Shown in pieces: positions 38,992 through 48,658 of a stretch of DNA of 64,000 nucleotides. The translations under genes were made by a program, and so were the position numbers. The stretch covers positions 1 through 64,000 of the IMG/VR virus record IMGVR_UViG_3300031553_000001, one strand, 5' to 3'. The notes under the pieces are model-generated. The model was given only the letters and a program-made list of their open reading frames with translations. It was not told the origin of the DNA and did no database searches. Position 1 is the first letter of the stretch; every line of letters starts with the position of its first letter. This stretch comes from a virus.

Positions 38992-41499
38992 TTACTCATA
39001 CAATAAATCCTCCAAAGTGGGCCATCTATAATGCTCTGCAAACGTTGCATCACTAGGATACCAATAATATTGATCCTTCATCTTATGCGGCGGAAGATTT
39101 GACCCTTCCAATTCCCAGTCTTCATCACATCCACTCAATTCAATAGTTCTCAAATCTTTGTACTGTAGTGCTGATGCTTCCAACAACTTATCATTCTTGC
39201 AAGCATGAGTACCATACTCAGCACAGTACAGACATCCAGATTCAAAACAACCAGGCAAAGATTCAAATGGGGCACCCTTCTCTGGCCTATAGAACATGGG
39301 AACAGTCTGACCATGACAGCCACCTTTGGATGTGGTATACCACGGCGCAAGGCTGGAACCGCCCCCACCATCAGCATAGTATTCATAGCACAACGACATT
39401 GTCAATCCAACATCACGTGTCCTGTCCAACAAGGCATTAAGCCATTCGATGCGCACATCTTGTTGGATCGTATACACGCCGCCTATGACATGATTGAACA
39501 GATTGTCAAAGGTGGCCACATGTGGCAGCTTTCTGGAATGCATCCGATCTACGATTATTTGTCGGTTGTTAGCTACTTGCTCCACAAATTTGAATATGAT
39601 ATGATGCCCACCATATTCAGACACCAAATCACATAGCAATAGCAAATCATCTAGTGTGGTTATACCAGCTATTATGGGATTGCATTGGACGCTAATATAA
39701 ATACCGCTATCAACCATCTCAGCCATATTGTCAAACATGGCTTGTAGTGGTGGCGCACCTGGGCTGAACCTACTATAGTGGTCTGGGTTTGATGTGTTGA
39801 TCGACCACTGCATATAGCTGTAAGGATTTTTCAGAAGCGCATCCTGTGCCCACTCTGGGGCCAACTGTCTGGACAGGTAGAAGAATGGCAAACCAGCATC
39901 CAAGAATACTTGAGTGATCTGTTGCGTGATGTGATATGTACTCTCTAATGGATGGAATGGCTCGCTGAAAGATGTAATGTATCCAGCTCCAGAAACCATC
40001 AGATTGTCAATGCGCTTGCGAAAAGCGGCAGGATAGTCAGGATTGACCGTAGGTAGGCCAGTAGCTCTATAGCCCCGCGTGCCATTATTGATATAGCAAT
40101 TATGAACCAGTAAGCCATTAGCATAGAAATTCTCAACAGTGGTTTGGATGTCCCATACATCTAATGGCTCATCCACACGCTCCATACTCGTCAATTCAGT
40201 ATACCTAGCGCTTGCAGCTTCTGCATGTTCCATAACTCCAATATGATCCCATCCACGGCAAAGGATGTCTGGAATCTCTGGAACCGCGCCTGATCCTCTT
40301 CTGGAAAATACCCCTTCACTTCGACAATTTTCAACAGACTGCCTTGTGAATCGTACAGATGGAAATCTGGAAGATATACTTCCTTTGAATCCTCCAGAGA
40401 ATACACCGCCTCCTCGAATATCCAAATGATGTTGTTCGCATCTAGCCATTGCGCAGTTAGCCACTCCCATTCTGAGCGAAAAGTTATCTTGCAGCCAGAT
40501 TTCATTGTGTATGGCTTGCGCTTGCTGGTTTTGTAGCCCATCCCGCCGCTGGCTATTCTCAAGGCCATATCCTCCCGCCATTTCAATGACCTGGTACATC
40601 CTAGAGAATTCTTGTTGCTCCTCAATGTTAATCCTCTTTTGCGCCTTAACTCCTTGGATTGTGGCTTGCCCTTCAATGGGGATGGTCTGCCTTTGCTTTT
40701 GCGTCCCTGCTCCGCACGATGTAGCTGTAGACATGCATCGCATAGCTTCCGATTGCGTTGGCCTGTAGGTTTGCCACATCGTTCGCACATCTTGGCTGCG
40801 TTCATCACATCCGTTTGTGCGCGCCTGGTCTTGTTGGATTTGGCTACGCTTCTCACCTTGCGGATATAACGGCACTTGGCACAGTACTTTTTCCATTGCG
40901 TTGGATTCTCTATGTTGGCACCGCAATCCAAGCAGTGTTTGTACATGATCTCCCTCCCTCAATTGATCCACCCTAGCCCATCCAGCATTATCTGTCAGAA
41001 TTGGGTGATCTCCAGTCACTTTCAAGACATGCCCATCCGCAGTATTCAGTATGTAGTAGCTCTCCACCTGACGCTTGGATACCGCCAGCACCTCTGAGTC
41101 ACATAATCCAACCTCAACACGACCATACACCACATCACCCACTAGCAGATTATCAATGCGTACATCACCATCAGGCGTGGCCACTAGGGCGTCCCCACTA
41201 ACACAGTGCGCACAATTTATGGGGCAAAACCCACCGTATGGGGTGGTGAGGGTTGCCTCTGTGGAACAAGGTCTTGGCCTTTTTCTCTTTGGCTCGTGTT
41301 TGGATTTATACCATCCTCGTGGATTTGGAGCAGATTTATTGATGATATGCTTCATTGGATCGGTATAGACATTGAATGGTTTCGTCTTGCCACCTCTGAC
41401 CATTGCCAATGGGATTGTCAAATAATGGCCGCGTTCGTCTGTTCCCTGCCCCGTTGGTTCATGCAACTTATGAAATTCCTGCCGATCTTCGTCTACCAT
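38992..41499 (-). CDS. Radical SAM enzyme (intein-containing), likely DNA hypermodification isomerase
   Basis: After splicing reads CPINCAH|CY (CxxxCxxC); SFSEPF, NPIIAG; context with AADT and PLP genes. Confidence 0.8.
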   Translation of the reverse strand: MVDEDRQEFHKLHEPTGQGTDERGHYLTIPLAMVRGGKTKPFNVYTDPMKHIINKSAPNPRGWYKSKHEPKRKRPRPCSTEATLTTPYGGFCPINCAHCVSGDALVATPDGDVRIDNLLVGDVVYGRVEVGLCDSEVLAVSKRQVESYYILNTADGHVLKVTGDHPILTDNAGWARVDQLREGDHVQTLLGLRCQHRESNAMEKVLCQVPLYPQGEKRSQIQQDQARTNGCDERSQDVRTMWQTYRPTQSEAMRCMSTATSCGAGTQKQRQTIPIEGQATIQGVKAQKRINIEEQQEFSRMYQVIEMAGGYGLENSQRRDGLQNQQAQAIHNEIWLQDNFSLRMGVANCAMARCEQHHLDIRGGGVFSGGFKGSISSRFPSVRFTRQSVENCRSEGVFSRRGSGAVPEIPDILCRGWDHIGVMEHAEAASARYTELTSMERVDEPLDVWDIQTTVENFYANGLLVHNCYINNGTRGYRATGLPTVNPDYPAAFRKRIDNLMVSGAGYITSFSEPFHPLESTYHITQQITQVFLDAGLPFFYLSRQLAPEWAQDALLKNPYSYMQWSINTSNPDHYSRFSPGAPPLQAMFDNMAEMVDSGIYISVQCNPIIAGITTLDDLLLLCDLVSEYGGHHIIFKFVEQVANNRQIIVDRMHSRKLPHVATFDNLFNHVIGGVYTIQQDVRIEWLNALLDRTRDVGLTMSLCYEYYADGGGGSSLAPWYTTSKGGCHGQTVPMFYRPEKGAPFESLPGCFESGCLYCAEYGTHACKNDKLLEASALQYKDLRTIELSGCDEDWELEGSNLPPHKMKDQYYWYPSDATFAEHYRWPTLEDLLYE
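40099..41205 (-). mobile_element. Intein (369 aa)
   Basis: Block A CVSGDALVATPDG, block B LKVTGDHPI, blocks F/G VWDIQT..NFYANGLLVHN, followed by Cys+1. Confidence 0.92.
40191..40946 (-). CDS. Putative homing endonuclease (Zn ribbons + NUMOD3-like + PD-(D/E)xK), nested out of frame in the intein
   Basis: Own RBS GGAGGGAGATC-ATG; CxxC pairs; KGKPQSKELRRK; FRSEWE..YLPDF..VEVKG. Confidence 0.8.
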   Translation of the reverse strand: MYKHCLDCGANIENPTQWKKYCAKCRYIRKVRSVAKSNKTRRAQTDVMNAAKMCERCGKPTGQRNRKLCDACLQLHRAEQGRKSKGRPSPLKGKPQSKELRRKRGLTLRSNKNSLGCTRSLKWREDMALRIASGGMGYKTSKRKPYTMKSGCKITFRSEWEWLTAQWLDANNIIWIFEEAVYSLEDSKEVYLPDFHLYDSQGSLLKIVEVKGYFPEEDQARFQRFQTSFAVDGIILELWNMQKLQALGILN

Positions 41500-41836
41500 C
41501 TTGCGTCTCCTATCAGTTCCGAATCCGGTGACCGATTCTAAAACTCACTTCAAAACCAAGGGTTCCTTGGGGCCATTTCCAAGGCATTTCTTGGGCGCTT
41601 CCCGTTTGTGACCCTATATACGCCAATCCGCAAAAACAAGGAGTTTTTTGGCAAAACTGGGATGAAACCGCCCTATTTGGCCTTAGAGCTTTCTCCCTGT
41701 AAATTTCAATATTTTGTATGGATATGAGTCTCTAGCTATATGGGGAACTTCATCATCGTTATACAGGTGACTAGCCTTCTCTTTATCTGTCAGAGCATAA
41801 CGTGGCCCCGCTATAATTCTAATCAAGACCTTGCAT

Positions 41837-42634
41837 TCACTCATCAGGATACACCGGCATGAACTTTATCAATTCCTCAGCCAAGTCACCCCAGCCACTC
41901 AGACCTTTGGTAACGTGAATGGTGTCGTTGCCCATCGGGTAAAATCCGTAACAATGGGCTTTATATTTACACAAAATCGTTTCCACTTCTTGGATGTTCA
42001 CTGGTCTGTCATCCCAGGGAGGAGCAAGTTTATTGTCAAACTCACCCACCATCCTGTCACAAGTGACATGTAACTGATCCATCGTTATGGGATAATGCTT
42101 GTCGCCATAATCGATCCAGGCTGCGCCTTGGACAGGATCTTTATAGATTCCTATCTCACTGTCCGTAAAATCCACTGGATAGCTGAGAACCCGCTCCGCC
42201 ATATCAGCTATCTTCCACCCCATCCAAGGCCCAAAACCTTTGTATTTCACCACATTGTCAAAAACCTCCTTAAATCTGTAATGAGCGCACATATCATCTA
42301 CTATCCGCTCTGGCTCACCAGCATCTTCCAATCCATTTACCAAATCAAGCGCAGATTTGCCATAGAAATACCTGCGTTCCATTCCTCTGGGCCATTTCTC
42401 CGCTAAACCCAATCGCATAGATTTATAGAAATGCGATGATTCAGCTATGCGCGCAGCCACACCACAAGAATAATAACACCAATAAGCCAACAAAAATCTT
42501 TCAAACATTTTTCCATGTAACACGCCAGCCATCTCAGCATCCACCAGCATTACGTATACTGGATCCAGATCGCCTGTGTCAAGAAGATCATTACCAAAAT
42601 CCTGATAGGACATATCTATTTTTGGCTGTCTCAT
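41837..42634 (-). CDS. Amino acid:DNA transferase (aGPT-PPlase clade 2-like)
   Basis: GDLDPVY, LAYWCYY, WPRGMERRYF, GFGPWMGWKIAD, ETILCKYK. Confidence 0.8.
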   Translation of the reverse strand: MRQPKIDMSYQDFGNDLLDTGDLDPVYVMLVDAEMAGVLHGKMFERFLLAYWCYYSCGVAARIAESSHFYKSMRLGLAEKWPRGMERRYFYGKSALDLVNGLEDAGEPERIVDDMCAHYRFKEVFDNVVKYKGFGPWMGWKIADMAERVLSYPVDFTDSEIGIYKDPVQGAAWIDYGDKHYPITMDQLHVTCDRMVGEFDNKLAPPWDDRPVNIQEVETILCKYKAHCYGFYPMGNDTIHVTKGLSGWGDLAEELIKFMPVYPDE

Positions 42635-43794
42635 GATTCCTCACAAGCATGTATGATTCTAGCATCAGCAATTTCAAAATACTCTTCTTCAATCTCAATA
42701 CCAATGAAATCTCGATCAGTATGAATACAAGCTATACCTGTTGTGCCACTACCCATAAATGGATCGAGAACGGTGCCGCCGGTGGGCGTCTTGGTTAGCT
42801 TGCAAAGGTATTCCATCAAGGCAATAGGTTTGACTGTCGGATGATAGTTCTGATGGGCACTTGGATGATACTCACTCCATCCTACCTTCCCTGTATCAGG
42901 ATCAGCTCTGCGGATTAATTTACTCGTATTCTTCTCAAATCCTTGTCTCTTTTCCATCCCATCCAGCCCCTCGTTGCGTTCATTTTCGTTGGCCTTGGGA
43001 CAGTAGAAGTATCGAGCCTTGGCATCGCCAACCTGCTCATCCAATAGCGCGCCAGCCTCCTCATCGAGGATCAGGTTGGCGGGCCAGCGCCCCAATCCGG
43101 CATCCACAAATTCAATATGTTTTCCCACCTCATTTGCCCCACCACTACCGGAGAAACTAAATGAACCGTGTAGCTTCTGCAGCTTGTCTTTCGTTGGTAT
43201 CCTCCCTCCGTCGATCCACAGCCCAGCCACGCCCCACTTGAGCGCATTATGTGCAAACGTGCCGTCACGCGGCTTCATTGCCAGGATTATAGGCTCCCAG
43301 GCAGGCTTTAGGCCAGTGCCCCAGCCATCCCAGAGTTTGGCGGCTTCGGTGGTGGGATGATACTTGTAACCATAATCAGAACGAAACTTCTTCTCCCTAG
43401 GCTCATAATCCCCACCTGCATAATTTGCGCCTTGCGATTGTATGCCCAATTTCCCCGCCGCCTTGTCGATGGCCTTGCTGATATTATGAGATTTCGGAAA
43501 GCCCGAACCATACAACCACATCAGACAATCACGGATCACCCAGCCCGCATCTTCTATCGCACACATTAGTCGATGGTGGGTGCGCGTGCCCCCAAATGCT
43601 AGCAGCATCGCCCCTGGCTTGGCTACTCTCAATGCAGCTTTCCAAAATACTACTCCAGGCACGCCGTGATCCCACTCCCTGCCCATAAATTTGAGGCCAT
43701 ACGGTGGATCCGTGATGACCGTGTCCGCACTATTCTCATCCAACATAGCCATCACGTCCAAACAATCACCACAATACAGCGTTGCTTGAGTCAT
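42631..43794 (-). CDS. DNA N4-C/N6-A methyltransferase (beta class)
   Basis: TDPPY, HPTVKP, DPFMGSGTTG. Confidence 0.92.
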   Translation of the reverse strand: MTQATLYCGDCLDVMAMLDENSADTVITDPPYGLKFMGREWDHGVPGVVFWKAALRVAKPGAMLLAFGGTRTHHRLMCAIEDAGWVIRDCLMWLYGSGFPKSHNISKAIDKAAGKLGIQSQGANYAGGDYEPREKKFRSDYGYKYHPTTEAAKLWDGWGTGLKPAWEPIILAMKPRDGTFAHNALKWGVAGLWIDGGRIPTKDKLQKLHGSFSFSGSGGANEVGKHIEFVDAGLGRWPANLILDEEAGALLDEQVGDAKARYFYCPKANENERNEGLDGMEKRQGFEKNTSKLIRRADPDTGKVGWSEYHPSAHQNYHPTVKPIALMEYLCKLTKTPTGGTVLDPFMGSGTTGIACIHTDRDFIGIEIEEEYFEIADARIIHACEES

Positions 43795-44642
43795 ACATCC
43801 TCACAAGCGTGTATGATTCTGGCATCTGCGATCTCATAATACTCTTTATCAATCTCTATGCCAATGAAATTGCAGTCATTTTGCAATGCCGCCAAACCCA
43901 TAGTCCCAGATCCACTGAATGGATCGAGAACTGTACCGCCTGGTGGACAAATGTACCGTGTCCACCAATCAGCGAGCTTGAGTGGCGTACCAGCACCATG
44001 ACCGTGTGCACCTGCACTAGATCGGCTATTAGAATTTGCAAATGGAAGCAGATTGTAAGGAGTCACTCCACCACGCCTCTGAGCAGCAGCCATCATACTA
44101 GACCGTTTTACACTGTGACCGGATGGGCTAGTAATATGTGTTGCCATTTCACCAGACACCCTAGCCCTGGCATAATGTAATTTGCTTGCTTCTGCCTCAG
44201 TCCATAATACGGCATCTTGGTTCCTACAACATTTGGAATTCCCTGCCCACACACACGCCTTGAGGCTCGGCCGCATGAGACCATGAGATGGTGCGCCTCC
44301 CAATGGCAACGTGGTAATATTCCACCACCATACATCCTGTACCATATTCCACTCACGACAAACCCAGGCCATAAACTCCCACAACCAGCCACGTAGTTGT
44401 CCTACATGTTTAGAATTTGGCTGCAAGATAAATACTGCACTACCAGTCGGCTTGAGTATACGCCGTATCTCAGGTATTACACCCTCAACAATAAGCGCCC
44501 ACCACTGATCCGCAGTCCAGTAGCCATAAGACCGTTTGATGTAGGGATAAGGCGGATCAGTGATCACCACATCCACGCTCTCTGCATCTAATAATGGCAA
44601 AATGTCTAGACAGTCACCACAATACAGCGTTGCTTGAGTCAC
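43791..44642 (-). CDS. DNA N4-C/N6-A methyltransferase (beta class)
   Basis: TDPPY, DPFSGSGT. Confidence 0.9.
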   Translation of the reverse strand: MTQATLYCGDCLDILPLLDAESVDVVITDPPYPYIKRSYGYWTADQWWALIVEGVIPEIRRILKPTGSAVFILQPNSKHVGQLRGWLWEFMAWVCREWNMVQDVWWWNITTLPLGGAPSHGLMRPSLKACVWAGNSKCCRNQDAVLWTEAEASKLHYARARVSGEMATHITSPSGHSVKRSSMMAAAQRRGGVTPYNLLPFANSNSRSSAGAHGHGAGTPLKLADWWTRYICPPGGTVLDPFSGSGTMGLAALQNDCNFIGIEIDKEYYEIADARIIHACEDV

Positions 44643-45628
44643 AGCAGGTCTTCCCCTTCCATCAGATCGTCAATCAAATTGCATATCTCATCATACTCAT
44701 CATCGAAGATGGCAGGCCAACCATTCTTACGGAACCGCTGCCCAGCAAACTCATACCAACCACCAGAGATTGTCAATGCCTTGGCTAATCTCAAATACTC
44801 TAACGCAGCCTCAGCTTCATCCACACCATGACCAAAATAAATTGGTAGGGACACGGTACGGAATGGTGGCGCAATTTTGTTCTTGGTGATAGTGGCCTTG
44901 GCATAGATACCTATCACACGCTTGTCACCGCGTTTTATCTTCTGGCCCACTTTTAACATAACTCTAATACTACTGTGAAACCCTACCGCCTTACCGCCAA
45001 ACGTGGTGACCTTGCTTCCAAACATCACGCCTATGTTCTCCTTGGCCTGGTTGATTAACAACACTGCTACATTTTCCTTGGATATAAGCCGTGTCAGCCG
45101 TCTCAACCCCTGACTGATAACCCTGGCGTGTGTCAAATATCCCACCTCGCCAGTCTCTTTGTCCATCTCAGCAGTACTGGACGTGGCCGCCACGCTATCC
45201 CACACAATTAGCAAGTCATAATCCGCTTTGGACTTTATGGCCACCTCCATAGTCTTGAAAACCTGCTCTACTGTATCTGGAGCAGTATACACCAGATTGT
45301 CAATATCCACCCCAACAGCTTCCATGATAGGCAGTGACACGGCTGTCTCTGTATCAATATACAACGCCACACCACCCTCATCCTGGATAGTGGCGCAGGC
45401 TTGGGCTGCTATGAGCGATTTTCCAGTAGATGTATCACCATAGATTTCCACCACTCTGCCCAATGGCAAACCACCACCCATGGCCGCATCCAGAAGGTAA
45501 CATCCCGTAGACAAGAATCCAGTCACCACGCACGGTGATGAGTCATCTGACAGCCGTGATACCGATGTCGATGCTTGCTTGGCTATATTGTCAATCAGCG
45601 TCTGTATAGTCCCTTTGTCGTTTGGCAT
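44639..45628 (-). CDS. recA: RecA/UvsX-like recombinase
   Basis: GGLPLGRVVEIYGDTSTGKS, WDSVAA, INQ, GGKAVGFHSSIR, KNKIAPPF. Confidence 0.92.
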   Translation of the reverse strand: MPNDKGTIQTLIDNIAKQASTSVSRLSDDSSPCVVTGFLSTGCYLLDAAMGGGLPLGRVVEIYGDTSTGKSLIAAQACATIQDEGGVALYIDTETAVSLPIMEAVGVDIDNLVYTAPDTVEQVFKTMEVAIKSKADYDLLIVWDSVAATSSTAEMDKETGEVGYLTHARVISQGLRRLTRLISKENVAVLLINQAKENIGVMFGSKVTTFGGKAVGFHSSIRVMLKVGQKIKRGDKRVIGIYAKATITKNKIAPPFRTVSLPIYFGHGVDEAEAALEYLRLAKALTISGGWYEFAGQRFRKNGWPAIFDDEYDEICNLIDDLMEGEDLL

Positions 45629-45777
45629 ACTCTATTTTGGCCTTCCAACTAGCATACTTTGGATACAACGGGCACGCCGGACTATTGGGATTACAACCAC
45701 CAACCACCGGACAGTTTAGACACTCCAAATCTATGTTATATTTATGGGCAGCTATCTTTGATCGTTGTCTAGTCATA

Positions 45778-46941
45778 TCAGATATGGCGAGCAACAGGAC
45801 ACAACGGATCTGGCGCATCCACATACAAATCCTTGATAGTAGACGTTGGCCGCATTCCTGACAGCTTCAAAGCATGCATACGCTGCGCTGGACAACCGGA
45901 TTTGCAAGATGCCTGATATTTACATGATGCGCACGCACCTTGTATATCGCGCCATCCGCCCTCGTGGTATTTTCTCAATGCCAAAAACACTTCGCCATTT
46001 TCCCAAATCTCCTGGAGCGATTTGTCCCGCACATTGTCGGTCTCTGGCAACGTCTTCCACGCTGCGCATGGGTGAACGTCCCCGTGCGGCCTCACCAGAA
46101 TAAGGTCTGTTCCAGCGTGACACGGATGCATCTTTTCAGGATACTTGGGAAATACCGTATGACGAAAGTCAATTGGGCAACCAGCACGCAGCTCCACACG
46201 TGGATTATTTATAGTGATGAGATTGTCAATAGTGTATTGCAGCTCTGTAAATTCAGCCGCGTTGAGCGCCAACTGTCGATTGTTAGCATATCCTCTAGTC
46301 TGAGGAACAAACCGCAGCAGGCTCAATTTGGACACACCCATAGCCGAACACATGCCATACATATTTGCCACATGATGCCAATTAGGTAACATCGGAACCA
46401 TATGTACTTCCACCTTGAATCCAGCTCTGATGGTGTTGCCAATACCCCACACGATGGCGTCATATGCTCCAGGAGTGCCCATCAAATAGTCATTTACAGT
46501 ACGCAGGTGGCTCTCCAATGAGTATATGAACGTCAATTTGTCCATCGCACCAGGAATGTGCTTGAATACATTGAGATAGCCATCATACATCCCATTACAT
46601 CCAACATCAATATTAGACCAATGCCCAGCAAACATATCCTGCCAGGAAATAGGCTTAAACTGTGCATGAATACCAGTGGTATAGAACAACACCCTCTCAA
46701 ATCCATATCTGATAGCATAATCCACTACGTCATAGACATTTTTCACAAGGATGGGATCACCACCAGACAGACTGAGAACTGTCGCGCCCAAATCTCTGGC
46801 CTCCCGGATCAGCCTAAATATCTCATCCATGGTCAACTCATCTGGAAGGAACGTCTTGTTGGAACCAGATGAGCAATGCAAGCATTTCAACAGACATCTA
46901 TTAGATAACTCGATGGACAGTTCCTCTAGCTGGTATTTCAT
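45778..46941 (-). CDS. Radical SAM protein with SPASM domain
   Basis: CLLKCLHC, SGGDP, CHAG..GDVHPC, CASC..C.SGCPA. Confidence 0.9.
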   Translation of the reverse strand: MKYQLEELSIELSNRCLLKCLHCSSGSNKTFLPDELTMDEIFRLIREARDLGATVLSLSGGDPILVKNVYDVVDYAIRYGFERVLFYTTGIHAQFKPISWQDMFAGHWSNIDVGCNGMYDGYLNVFKHIPGAMDKLTFIYSLESHLRTVNDYLMGTPGAYDAIVWGIGNTIRAGFKVEVHMVPMLPNWHHVANMYGMCSAMGVSKLSLLRFVPQTRGYANNRQLALNAAEFTELQYTIDNLITINNPRVELRAGCPIDFRHTVFPKYPEKMHPCHAGTDLILVRPHGDVHPCAAWKTLPETDNVRDKSLQEIWENGEVFLALRKYHEGGWRDIQGACASCKYQASCKSGCPAQRMHALKLSGMRPTSTIKDLYVDAPDPLCPVARHI

Positions 46942-47789
46942 GACTGGCTACGCCTTGACCGCCTGCTGCCGCGCTTCTTGCGAATTACATCACGGATGTC
47001 ACCCTCATCGTCTGGGAATGGGACATCCTTTTCATCACTGCCAGAAGTATCAAGCTGTGCAAACTCCTGATTCAGCCGGTCATATGGCAGTACAGTAACT
47101 ACCACATCTGCACCGGCATCCACATCTTCAGATGGGTCATCGCTCAGCTCCATCGGGGTCAAATCAACTGCCGCTTCCAACCACTTATCCAGCAGATCCT
47201 CATCAGGCTCACCCGTTTCACGCCCACGATTATCAACTATACAGGCCAACGGTGTACGCTTGGGTCTGGCGTTGACGTCATATCTGGTTTCCAGGCCAGT
47301 CCCAGTGCGAGTTACAATGATGTCCATTCCATCATACTCGTCGTATATGTCGCCATAATCTGGATCACCCACCAAGCCTGCCACTGCCTTGAACACCATC
47401 GCACCCGGAGTGTAAATCTGTGGCCCAGCTTCCTCATTGGAACGGTCGATGATGTTCATCCAATAACTCTTGCGACGAAGCAGCTGCGACGCCAACTCCT
47501 TGCTGTCGGCATCACCGGCATTGTACAAATCATTGACCAGCTCACAGATGGGACAAGGCTCGCCAATAGTGAACTGCCTACACGTAAATGGCCTATTCCT
47601 GGATTTCACATAGTGCGCACCAACATCCTGCCAGAAAAAGTCACCCATCTCACCAACACCTGGCAGGATGCGAATTACATTTCTACCTGCCTTGGCTTTC
47701 CAATAGTTTCCACCTCCGCCAAAGGACTCTGCTGCCAGCTTCTTGCGTATCACGTCCAACAGCTCTTGTCGATCTTTCCTGTCTGCCAT
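46938..47789 (-). CDS. Single-stranded DNA-binding protein (T4 gp32-like)
   Basis: NVIRILP, CPICE, GTGLETRY, acidic tail. Confidence 0.75.
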   Translation of the reverse strand: MADRKDRQELLDVIRKKLAAESFGGGGNYWKAKAGRNVIRILPGVGEMGDFFWQDVGAHYVKSRNRPFTCRQFTIGEPCPICELVNDLYNAGDADSKELASQLLRRKSYWMNIIDRSNEEAGPQIYTPGAMVFKAVAGLVGDPDYGDIYDEYDGMDIIVTRTGTGLETRYDVNARPKRTPLACIVDNRGRETGEPDEDLLDKWLEAAVDLTPMELSDDPSEDVDAGADVVVTVLPYDRLNQEFAQLDTSGSDEKDVPFPDDEGDIRDVIRKKRGSRRSRRSQS

Positions 47790-47822
47790 TGTGCATATCC
47801 TCCCTATCAGATTATCAATCCA

Positions 47823-47839
47823 CTACTATAGTAAACTTG
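47823..47839 (-). promoter_or_regulatory. Phage promoter motif upstream of the SSB-rSAM-RecA operon
   Basis: CAAGTTTACTATAGTAG, then ATTGATAAT, then GGAGG. Confidence 0.7.
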
Positions 47840-47842
47840 CTG

Positions 47843-48304
47843 CTAACCACGTCTTCCACTTTCCATATCAGTCATATCATACTCGTGGCGCAGCTGTGCA
47901 CCCATAGATTGTAGCATACTGGCACGCTGTTCAAATGCTCTGGATAAATCTCGAAGCGTGTGAAACTTGTGCAATGCTACATCCTCTTCCTCACGCGCAA
48001 CGCTCACCTCCTCATCTATATCCACTAGCTTGGCAGCAGTCCCATCACTCACAGATCGGCTGCCATCAGGGATGGATTCTTTGTCATTCTTGTAGAACAT
48101 ATAGGCACTGGCCTCAGACTCTTTACGTTGCCGTACACAATCCAACCAGGCCAACTCCGCTGACGATGTCATGGTGGCAAAGTATGCGTACCTAGCCGCC
48201 TGCGCTGCGAACTCATTAGGTAGATCAGCCTGATCCACCTCCAACAATTCCTTAACTGACAGATCCTTGTCAGCTACTTTCACATTTACATCAAGATTTA
48301 ACAT
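47843..48304 (-). CDS. UvsY-like recombination mediator (putative)
   Basis: Helical ~150 aa with AFEQRASML..GAQLR motif, next to gp32 and RecA. Confidence 0.5.
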   Translation of the reverse strand: MLNLDVNVKVADKDLSVKELLEVDQADLPNEFAAQAARYAYFATMTSSAELAWLDCVRQRKESEASAYMFYKNDKESIPDGSRSVSDGTAAKLVDIDEEVSVAREEEDVALHKFHTLRDLSRAFEQRASMLQSMGAQLRHEYDMTDMESGRRG

Positions 48305-48658
48305 TTTATGGCCATCCTTTCTCTAGTCTTTCCAATTCACGATCCTGCTCTTCAACAGGGTATACTTTCACAGCTCTCCCAAAACGTATATACAAATTTC
48401 CCAATTCAAACACTTCCGCTTCATTAGCACCAATCATATTCAAATAGTATCTAATTTCTTTGACAGCATTTATTACTCTTGTTGTCAAAGGTGGCTTTGC
48501 GTTTACAACATCATCCTTGTATGAGCGTAACGATGCACGCAATTTCTCACTTTCCTCCTCCCGGATAGCTTTACGCAACATATCTATCTTCTGTTGTCCC
48601 TCCTCCTCTGTTAATTCCTCTTTATCTGGAAATGTGTAATCCATTGTCATTCTCCTTT

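Noticed and set aside
40191-40946. Group I intron as the explanation for the nested nuclease
   Set aside because: The host frame is open throughout with complete intein blocks A, B, F and G, and there is no non-coding space for an intron core.
42631-44642. Restriction-modification system
   Set aside because: No adjacent restriction endonuclease; these look like orphan protective methyltransferases.
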